Source of the DNA: Callorhinchus milii
Taxonomy: Eukaryota
Direction of reading: 5' to 3'
DNA: 64,000 nt
Assembly: GCF_018977255.1 (NCBI RefSeq)
Contig: NW_024704742.1
Location: 93,808,001-93,872,000 of the forward strand
The translations under genes and the position numbers were made by a program. Of the stretch, positions 54,367 through 64,000 are shown piece after piece. Below the pieces are notes generated by a model. That model was not told where the DNA came from. It saw only the letters and a program-made list of their open reading frames with translations, and did not search any database. The number at the start of each line of letters is the position of its first letter. Within the stretch, counting starts at the first letter, position 1.

Positions 54367-54692
54367 GGAATGTCACATCGCAGAATCACACCGTCCAAAA
54401 CAGATCTGACAACCCGGGGTCCCAGAGAGCTGCTGCACTAACTCTCGGTGTACTTGGAAGAGAGACTGAAGACAATCGCCTCGATTCCCAAACTGAAGTG
54501 GGAGAACGGGTCTGCGAACTGCGGCCAATGGGAACTGCCAAATGGTATTGGATAACGGGAGGAAGGATAGATCCGGTTAGGAATGCAGTGCAGACTGACT
54601 GCTCTCGGGGCTGCTCTCGCATTCTTTACGCACCAGCGCACACTAAGGTGAAATGCAACTTAGCAGTGCTCCTCCAGTGCTCACTCTCTCTC

Positions 54693-54732
<40 letters not shown>

Positions 54733-55984
54733 CTCCCCCCACCCCCCACCCCGCCTCCCTCCCTCCATTTACCCTTCCAGAAATTAAGAGAAGTTTGATA
54801 ATTAGCCATGCAAATCACATTGATCCTGATGCGGTTTGACAGGACCACTGAGGGTTTTGTTTAGTCCCTTTCGCTACTACTGTAATTCAGCCATTCTCAC
54901 TTTGTTGCAGCGCGTCGCCCCTGGGTACGCCGGTCACATGGTCCGCAGTGAAAATACCCCATCTCAATGAATCAGATGGAAATGTGTGTGTGTGGGGTGT
55001 GTGTGTGTGTGGGGGGGGGGGGGGTGTGGGTGGGTGGGGGGGTGTGGGGGGGGGGGGGGAGAGAGAGAGAGAAAAAAAAACTTTTTAACGCTTTAAAACA
55101 ACATCAACTTTTTTTAAGTCATTTCTTTACAAAATCCCTGGTTGGGGGGTGAGGGCTGGGGGTGGGGGGGGGGGGGGGGTGTGGGGGTGAGGGCTGGGGG
55201 GTGTGGGGGGGAACTGAGTTTCAACCAATTTCCCACGGATTGATTTCTCTGCTGCTGGAAGACTTTAGATACATTCTTCACTTTTTTTTTGGTACGAGTT
55301 AGAAAGTTTATTTTTTTTTGGAGAGGGGCTGGGGGTGGGGGGGGGGGGTATGAATTAGAAGAAGAATTTTTTTTACTGTATGGATAGATATGGATATGGG
55401 GGGGAAAAAAAAGTTTGGGGGTCGAGGCACACGCACACACACACACACACACAACACACACAGAGAAATCTGGCACATACTCCTGCACGATCCAGGACTG
55501 TCATTATTTGTGCAAGCCCTGGTAATTCATCTGAGACCTCCCAGCATTTGTTACTAACTTGAGGCCAAAGCAACCTCGAAAGGATTTTTTTTTCATTTAA
55601 AACCAGAGCAAGTGCCTTTTTTTTCCTCCAATAATTAAATTAAAAAAAAAAGTTCAGCCTGTTCCCCAGATCCCCCTGTTCAAACGTTTTGCAACAACAA
55701 CCCAAACAAGAAAAAAAACCCTGATTTTAATTTATATAGAGATAGATATACACACACATACACATAGAAACACATAAATAAAAGAAAGAGGGAGGGAGGA
55801 AAAGAAACAAGAAACCGAGGATCGTATCTTATTTTTATTTTTTTTTGGGGGGGGGGGGAAACCCCTGTTGTTTTACCAAGTGCGTGCAAAAGAGAGAGAA
55901 AAAGAGAGAGCTGCAGTGGAGGGATGTGATTTCTTTAAGGCGAACCGCAGCTCCCCTGTTGTGGGGATGGATGCACTCACAGCC

Positions 55985-55993
55985 TGGGTGGTC
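55985..55993 (-). promoter_or_regulatory. GLI binding site of the exon-1b promoter
   Basis: TGGGTGGTC (reverse complement GACCACCCA) in context cctgggtggtctctctactt, matching my recollection of the characterised human PTCH1 promoter GLI site; ~650 bp upstream of the ATG. Confidence 0.9.
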
Positions 55994-56066
55994 TCTCTAC
56001 TTTGGTGAGCTGTTGCTAAGCAGCTAATAATAGTCGTGTTTGCTGAGTAATTTCTGCCTTCCTCGG

Positions 56067-56071
56067 CCAAT
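56067..56071 (+). promoter_or_regulatory. CCAAT box (NF-Y type)
   Basis: cggCCAATgag, 74 bp downstream of the GLI site. Confidence 0.45.
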
Positions 56072-56493
56072 GAGATCCCAGCAATACAAGCCTTCTCCCA
56101 GCCATCTGACGGCCCTGGAGGCGGGTTTTGGCTTTCCTTCCAACCCCCCCCCCCCCCCCCCCCACACCACCCCACCCCCCCCCCTCCCCTTTCCCAATGG
56201 AGAGAGAGAGAGAGAGTTTTTTTTCCCCCTATTGAATCAAAGCAACACAGAGTCGGAGGGCCCTGTTGCACACAGAATGGTTCAAGCGAGCGGTGCGGGT
56301 AAAGCTCACAGAGCCTCTGTGAGAAGGTGAAAGGCTCGCAAGTCTCTCTCCCTCTCTCTCTCTCTCTCCCTCTCGGTCTCCCTCGATCTCTCTCTTTCCC
56401 TCTCTCCCTCTCTCTCTCTCTCTCTCTTTAAAAAAAGCGACACAGTTCTCCTGTGAATGTAGGAAGATCGCCGGGATTTTCCCAGATCGCGAA

Positions 56494-56661
56494 ATGTGGG
56501 AATGGAAGGCGCAAACTTTGACTCGCCATCGCTACGAGGAGTATGAAGTTTGCCGCACCGCGTCTGCTGTGTTGAGGATTAAAGTGCCCGCCTGGTGGAA
56601 CCTCAGACGGTGTGTGATTACACTGCCACAGTCCCATCAACAACATGGCCTCGGCTGTTAA
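56494..56661 (+). other. Upstream ORF, 55 codons, out of frame and overlapping the PTCH1 start codon
   Basis: gaaATG at 56494; MWEWKAQTLTRHRYEEYEVCRTASAVLRIKVPAWWNLRRCVITLPQSHQQHGLGC, stop TAA 56659-56661. Confidence 0.7.
56502..56546 (+). other. Upstream ORF, 14 codons
   Basis: ggaATGG strong context; MEGANFDSPSLRGV, stop TGA 56544-56546. Confidence 0.7.
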
Positions 56662-56812
56662 CGTTACGGAGCGCCGAAGGACAGAGGAGGACCATGTTCA
56701 GCAAAACAGGAGGAGGATAAGAAGAAACCAGCCGCATCATACAGCGGGTTTAGATTATCTGGAACGGCCGAGCTATTGCGATGCTGCCTTTGCGCTGGAG
56801 CAGATCTCAAAG
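56645..56812 (+). CDS. PTCH1: Patched-1, first coding exon (exon 1b-type), 56 codons, phase-0 donor
   Basis: Start context caacATGG; translation MASAVNVTERRRTEEDHVQQNRRRIRRNQPHHTAGLDYLERPSYCDAAFALEQISK. The MASA start and RPSYCDAAFALEQISK are characteristic of vertebrate PTCH1. Donor AAG|gtgcat at 56813. Confidence 0.96.
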
Positions 56813-58473
56813 GTGCATTTCCCAGTTTGCAAAAGCGAGCGCTGGTTTTTGTGCGTGAAGTGTGCGTGTTGTGTGTGTATATGTGTGTGTGTGTGCGTGT
56901 GTGTGTGTGTGTGTCTGCATCTGCATCGGTGGCGGTGCTGGTGGTGGTCCGTGTGTGTGCGTGTGTGTGTGCGTGTGTGTTAGGAAGAGGGGGTGTATTC
57001 TGTTTCCCTTCTGTTCTGCAAGCGGTATAGAGAGAAAGAGTGTGTGTGGGGGGGGGGGGGGGGGTCAAGGCTAGATCTCGGGTTGCTTCTGAGCTATGTT
57101 ATCACTGGATGGCTTTTTGCAAAGAAAAGTGTAAGTTTTAATCATGCGGAAACAAAGCTCGGGATCGCTCTCTCTGTCGCCACTTCAATTGCAGAGCGGC
57201 GTGGAGCCTGGACACACTGGGATGTGTGTGTGTGTGGGTGGGGGTGGGGGGGGGATTCTTTTTTTAACACGCCATTTTTTGCATATAAATACTTTTAAGC
57301 GGATAAGACCCCACGTTGTCCTGGTTTAGTGTGTGTGTGTGGTGTGTGGGAGGGAGGGAGGGAGGGAGGAGAGGTGGGGGTGGATGGTGAAGAGGAGAAT
57401 CTCCCTCCTTCCTCCTTTCCTCCCCCTTACCCCCCCCCCCCCCCCCACACCCCCACCCACCCCACATCATCCACAACCCCCCCCCCCCCCCCCAGCGGCT
57501 GCTGCCTATGTTTAACTCGCAAAGTAAACAAAAAGTGAAACATTCTTCAAGCGATCGTATCTGTTCAGGGAGTAAGGTTTGGTTTATAAGCTGAAATCCA
57601 TGTGGCTGCCCTCTTCCGTTCACAAATATTGTCGTAACTCTCGGATGGCTGCTGCACTTCCTAATGCAGATCCCAGCGTCCCGATACTGCTATGGAAATG
57701 AATTACTCCAGCTTATGATCTTACAGCACAGAGACCACGTGGATCCACTATTTGCTACTACTGTATGTGTCCCATTAGATGTTCGCTGCTCCTATTAAAC
57801 CCGGGTTGGTGCACTGCAAACGATACTCGTGGAAAAACCCTGACAACGCTAATCATACTTTGCATTTCGACTTATTTCTTTTTAACACACACACACACTT
57901 ACACCCACCCACACTTTGATTTTTCACCGCGATTGTACCTTTTTGTTGCACAGGTCTGTCCTACCCCCCGCCCCCCCCCCAAAAAAAAAACACTTTTTTT
58001 TAAAATTAAAACATAAAAGATCCAAAAAAAAACTCAAGTTCTTCGAGCAACTTATGTGTCTGGAGTGTCTCCTCCATCTGCTCTCGCCAAAGCGTGGGTG
58101 GCGATTGAGACTATGTGTTTGGGGGGAGAGGGAGTGGGGTGGGGGTGGGGGGGGGGGAGAGGTGATGTGACAGTCGCTGGAGAGACTAACCCGACTACTT
58201 TTAATAGGATGCAATAAAGTCTGCAGGAATCTGGAAGGAAAACATTCTTGTGCAGGTCTGCCTGAAGTTTTTTTTCAAAACAAAACACAGGGATGTAAAT
58301 AGATCTGATTTTCTTTTGCTAACGGGAAACATTAGTATTGTAACGTGAGCTCATCAATCAGAGGGGGGACACTGTGCTGCGCCTCTCTTGAAGGTTTTAG
58401 TGATTGTTTTTTTTTTCCCCAATCAGTGCTTTCACTTGGCTCAACTCTTTTCTTTTCTTGTGCTTTTTTTTTT

Positions 58474-58536
58474 GTGTGTGTGTGTGTTGTGTGTTGTGTT
58501 GTGTTGTGCTGTGCTGTGTGTGTCGTGTGTGTGTGT
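58474..58536 (+). repeat. Imperfect (TG)n tract directly before the exon 2 acceptor
   Basis: T run followed by gtgtgtgtg...gtgttgtgctgtgctgtgtgtgtcgtgtgtgtgtgt then ctatag. Confidence 0.9.
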
Positions 58537-58542
58537 CTATAG

Positions 58543-58797
<255 letters not shown>

Positions 58798-59019
58798 TAA
58801 AACTGGGCTATATTGGGAGAGGGAGAGGGGGAGGGAGGGAGGGAGGGAGGGAGAAAAAGAGATAGAAAGGAGCATACCAGAAAGGGGATTGTTTATTGTA
58901 TAGCTTGCTTGGCTAAAAGCCAGAGAGAGAGAGAGAGAGAGAGAGTTACAAAGAACTTGCTGTGACCCATTATGATGGAAGAATTTCTTACATTGGTGTA
59001 AACTTGGCAGAAACCTGGT

Positions 59020-59074
<55 letters not shown>

Positions 59075-60695
59075 TGCTGGTGATACTGTGGTGAGGATGT
59101 TTTGTGAGGAGGAGGAGGAGGAGGAAGAGGGAGGGGGTTAAACTTTAGGGGGGGGGGGAAACACAAACAAATGTTATATATATATATATATGTTTTAAAA
59201 AAGTCCAGCTTGTCAAAGCGGCCATTTTGTGAGTGCCCCCAGCAGTAGAATTTGATCAGTGCAGCTCTCTGTGAGGGAGGGAGGGAGGGAGAGGGAGAGG
59301 GAGGGGAGGGGAGGAGGCTGCCTGTGTGTGTGTGTGTGTGTGTGTGTGGTCCTGTTTTTGGACAGCTTTCAACTTTTCAAAAAAAAACATTTGTCTCAGG
59401 GAAAAAAAAAGTGAAGTCCTACAGACTGGAACGCATGTTTGCAAACTAGATTAATGTAACCTTAGCGGGTGGTGACGTATGTTTAATGTAATGTTATTGC
59501 ACTTGGGATATTGCATTAAAAAAAAGAAATAGTTTGGTGCAAACTTGTGGGCTCTTTTTTTTTTTGCTTTTTCTCCCCATGGCCTGTGGGAGGAAACTTA
59601 AGTTCAATTAAGAAAGATTTTGTGGGGCTTTGATCTACATTCCAGTGGTTTAAAAACAATGGGACAGAAATGGGGAATTGTTAATTGATGCATAGGCTGT
59701 TCACTATCCCCCAAACACGTTTTAGTCCTGAAAGTGAACAGTTTTATTGTTTTGGGAAGAGGGGAAATAAAACAACAGTTTTTGTGCGTTCCGTATGCTG
59801 TCAAATACTTGCTGCATATTAAAATTTCCTTTCCATTTAAAAGTTTGCAAATGATTCTTATCAATACAGTGTGCAATGGCAGGAAAACGCCTTAAAGGTT
59901 TGAAGTGTATCCGTACATGGTTACTCGTTGCAAATCTAACTTTTTATTCTGATTCACTGTCATGTTGGTAAGATTTCGCAAACGTTTCACATTTGTTGGG
60001 TGCTTATTTGTTTAGCACAAAAAAAGTGTATAGACACATGCTACATGATTGAGCGCATCTTACATTTATCTATCTTCAGTTTGCTATTTGTCCTTTGCTG
60101 CAAAAATGTTCACCTACATTTGCTTCATATATTTGCCTTTGTTCCCTACCTAACTCCCCCCCCACCAATGGCTAAGAGCAGCAGGAGTTTTATGTAGCTG
60201 TGTGTGTTCTCAGTGGAGTGTGTAACGCTCTGGTCACGAACATGGGCTCTGCACAAATAAACCAAATGAGCAGCAGTTGCATATTTCCGTGGTTAAATGT
60301 ATAAACAGAAGAGAGTGCAGAGTGAGAAGCGGAACAGAGAGAGGAGGCATGGGGAAGGGAAAGGGGGTCTGCATGGGGAACAGTTTATACTAGTTTGCAA
60401 GATTCAATGACAAAAATGAATTGTCATCACTATTGACAGTTTGACAACCTTTTATGTTCAGTCCATCAATTTGTACCACAAGGATATTAAGAGATTTCAG
60501 TAGTACAAATTGGTATTTAAATGTAACATTAATTTGACCTATTAGCAGAGAGGTGCTGCTTTGATACCTTATAGTTCCCTGCATACGAATGGAATATATT
60601 GAAAATGTTTTGTTAGTTAGACTGGACTCCAGGACCCAAATTGATGGGTCAGAAAGAATTTACTCTGGCTTACTGCAACAGTTTTCAATTCATCT

Positions 60696-60790
60696 AATAA
60701 TCCTTGCATTTGATATCGTTTATGCCTTTCACTTTGGGAGAACGTCTCAAGCGCTTCACAGGATTTACTGTAGTATAGCGATTGTATTTT
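60696..60790 (-). mobile_element. SINE 3' tail fragment (PTCH1 intron 2)
   Basis: taataatccttgcatttgatat...acgtctcaagcgcttcacagg. Confidence 0.75.
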
Positions 60791-61514
60791 ATAGGCTTAT
60801 GCTTATTGCAACAGCTTTCAATAACACTATAAAATAGGGACTTTTGCAATTAAAAGAAATCCATTGCCCAATTCCCACAATAATAGTTACGGCATGTATG
60901 TCAATTTTGGGTGCTGATTGAAAAATGTGTACAGTAATATGTGTTCCACTGTAAAAGGATGGATCAACACCAGCTTTGTATCTTCTTTTCCACATTAATG
61001 ATTCTGGTTTCTAAAGAAGCACAGGTTTCTGTGAATGTGCATTGTTTACAAGTGAGACAGTTGTAACACATGAAAGCCCGGGAGTGACTAAATCAGACAA
61101 ATACCAGTACATTTATGCATTATACACTACAAGGAGACCGATGGATTGAAATTCATGCAATTTTAGCAAATTTTAGATTTAACTAGACTGTTAAGGGTTA
61201 AGGAAGTTATAAACCCACCTTTGTGTCTGGATGTTCTGCTTCATCCACTTTACTCTTCCTGAAACAGTTATGTGGTTCTTGTTGTGACTTTGATCCACCA
61301 GGAGGCACACTTCTTTTGAGCAAGCCCTTTATGGTAGGTTTGAGTGTGGTACCATTTATCAGTAGAATTCAGGTTTCCCTAATGAGCGGTCAAAACCTAG
61401 CTGTGACTCACTCAATCCAATATTTTAAAATCATGAATATGATTATATATCAATGGAGTTTATTTTTGTCAAAGTATAAAAAGTAGTTTGACATGGTCCA
61501 TGGTACTTCTGCTA

Positions 61515-61682
61515 TTATAATAATAATAATAATCCTTGCATTTGATATAGCGCTTTTCACGTCTTCGAGACGTCTCAAAACACTTCACAGAATATACTGT
61601 AAAGTGAATTGACTGTATATTTGTGGGCGAAATGCGGCAGCCAATTGTGCACAGCAGTGTCCCACAAACAGTCATGGATTGA
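61515..61682 (-). mobile_element. Family A SINE 3' half (PTCH1 intron 2)
   Basis: aataatccttgcatttgatatagcgcttttcacgtc...cagccaattgtgcacagcagtgtcccacaaacagtc. Confidence 0.9.
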
Positions 61683-61942
61683 GTGTCTTACAGAACAACC
61701 CACAGCTCATTCATATCATGCTTTCGGTTGATGTACATGCCAAATCCTGTTAACAAACAAGACTAAGTTCAGTATTTTGTTTGTGCAATAATGATTGTAG
61801 CTTTCTGTATTATGGATGTAAATGGCCAAATCAAATATTTGTTCACGATGCCATAACATACCACATCATAGTCAATTCTCAACAAATAAAGTCACAGACT
61901 ACTATCCCAATATATCACATCATAGATTGCCATCCCAACATA

Positions 61943-62034
61943 CCATACCATAGGCTACCATTCCACCATACCATAGGCTACCATTCCACCATACCATAGG
62001 CTACCATTCCACCATACCATAGGCTACCATTCCA
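61943..62034. repeat. Minisatellite, 23-bp unit x4 perfect
   Basis: ccataccataggctaccattcca repeated head to tail with no spacers. Confidence 0.95.
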
Positions 62035-64000
62035 TTCAGTCAATTGAGGCTGCTCATTTTACAAACAATATACAATCTATCTTAAGATGGACTTTATTTA
62101 CCTATTTAATTTCATCAGGAAAACTTCTTTAGATACTCTTTGAACACCCCCAAAGTGATCCTACAAATTCCAGAATATCTTTCCATCCTCACTTCTTCAC
62201 TATTCAATCCGGTCCAGCTGTTCTCCACAGTTGACCCCCTTCCCACATAGCTGTTTTGTATTTGATAATCTCAATCAATATTCATCTCCAAAATCTGATA
62301 CATAGTTCATAATCTAAGTCTTGAAAAACTTGATAATTTTTCAGGGAAAACAAGTTCACCTTGCAGAATTACTCCTCAGGTAAAATCTTTTGTGAATGCT
62401 CAGGAATTATACCCAAATCCTTTTTCTCTATTCACTTTTGCCAACTGACATCCATTCATTCCTTAATTTTTAATGTTTCAGTGTGCAATGCTGGATAAGA
62501 TAATTGATTGTATTGGGAGATGCACATTATATCAAGGATAAGAGAAAGTCAATTGTGATATGAAATTCACCTGAATCTTGAAATTACTCACAATTATTTA
62601 TCATATTTTACTTATAAATGGATTGCTCCACACTATAGCAGTTTTATTTAAGAAATAGTATTAATGCCATTTTAACCAACTTTACTCTGCATTCTGTGAT
62701 ATTGAGGAGTCAATGTAAGACCACAGGTATTACTCCTTATTCTTGTTTTACTATGAATGATAACAGTGATATGTATTGAATCATGCTATTGTATGCAGCA
62801 GTGCTGCTTGATGTGCTGATGGCTGCATGTTCTGTTGTTATACGTTGTACTGCTATATAGTTTGTGCCTTGAATTTTTGTCTGTGTTCTTTCACAATAAA
62901 GCCAAGTTGACTCCAGGGATTGTTGCATTGGTAACGACTGTGGTGATCTGATAGCAATCTTTGGGTTCAGTGTTTAGTTCTGGGACTGGTTTTAATATCC
63001 CAAAGATACTTTGGCTGCAACTTATCAATACATGGACAGTGCTACGAATAGAATTTCAGCCACATGAAATGCAAACTTTCAATAATTAATTCCTTATTTA
63101 CATTGAATGCTTATTTAGTGACTGTGGAGAACAAGGAATGCAATTGGCATCACATTTGATTTATATTGATGCAGAAATCCCACCCATCCCAGATCATTAA
63201 ACATGCATGAAGGTGTGCCATTTGCACCAGAATTTACCATAATAAAGCAATGTGTGTTTGTTATTTTGCCTTTAGGCATATTCATTTTGACTTAAACAAA
63301 GTGCTTTATATAGTCAAGTGTTAGCCCACTCCTGATATTTAGACACTCCTGTATTTAATATTTATTCCTATTATTGTGTGGATATGATTGTAAGAAGCCT
63401 ATTTTGGCTATTTCTTAAAATAGTTCCACTTTTTTTNACCTGATAACCATTAATTAGCAATAAAAATCAGTATTTATATAGTGCTTTTCATATGAAATGA
63501 TCTTCACCTCAAAGTGCCCGCCAAATGTATTGGTCCACAACCAAGCAGAGAACTGGAATTTACCAAAGCAACAGGGTTAATCAGCCTGGATACAGTGATT
63601 TCCAGCGTTGAATTCAGTTTTTGAAAACCCAACTGTTGTATCTGTTTGATATTGGATAAGTGTGTTAATCTTCTACCACATCACAATGTGTTATCACATT
63701 TCTTGTGTGTGTGTGTGTATCCATATGTACATTACTACATTGTGCAGTACAGTGGTACATTCGACCTCATTGATTGGATACTCTTTTCCTGAATGTTAAT
63801 CTATAAGCATTCTAGCACCTTTGTCTTTTAATTCATTTATGTTGGATTTGTGTTCTTGTGTATTTTACATTGACTCTTCTAAAACTCAGACCAGAGGAGT
63901 TACTTTTGTGAATGGTAACTATGGTTTGAAAAATGTTTTTATTTTGTTACATAATCAGATCTAATTTCTCATCATAAACAATGCTGTTTCCATCTAATAA

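Noticed and set aside
54279..54839. 186-aa ORF
   Set aside because: Begins in an antisense SINE tail and crosses CT and C repeats; no recognisable homology.
56813..56983. Extension of the PTCH1 ORF (VHFPVCK...CVCVC)
   Set aside because: Read-through past the donor into intronic TG repeats.
57935..58352. Cryptic acceptors (cacag at ~57952, tgcag at ~58255) and a donor-like gtgagc
   Set aside because: No supporting reading frame or homology; such sites are common by chance.
61943..62034. CRISPR-like array
   Set aside because: Units are contiguous with no spacers, no cas genes, vertebrate intron.
63437..63437. Single N base
   Set aside because: Assembly ambiguity, not biological.

Overview
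Eukaryotic (vertebrate) DNA. The repeat content (tRNA-headed Deu-type SINEs, L2 and CR1 LINE fragments) suggests a cartilaginous fish; the species is inferred, not shown. Positions 1-47 kb are intergenic and dense in decayed retroelements, with a small palindromic MITE-like family and a ~1.4 kb element bounded by ~200 bp inverted repeats. From ~47 kb the sequence becomes CpG-rich and almost free of transposons, and carries the 5' end of PTCH1 (Hedgehog receptor) on the + strand: coding exon 1b at 56645-56812 and exon 2 at 58543-58735; exon 3 was not found in the window. The main interest is the regulatory layout. Three perfect GLI sites (49428, 52576, 55985) each precede a real or candidate first exon. 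Two of these candidate exons end in ATG|GTGAGT, in phase with exon 2. The exon-1b leader holds four upstream AUGs, including a 55-codon uORF that overlaps the main start and appears conserved with human. All comparisons with human or repeat consensus sequences are from memory and need alignment. No prokaryotic features, CRISPR arrays or functional RNA genes were found.
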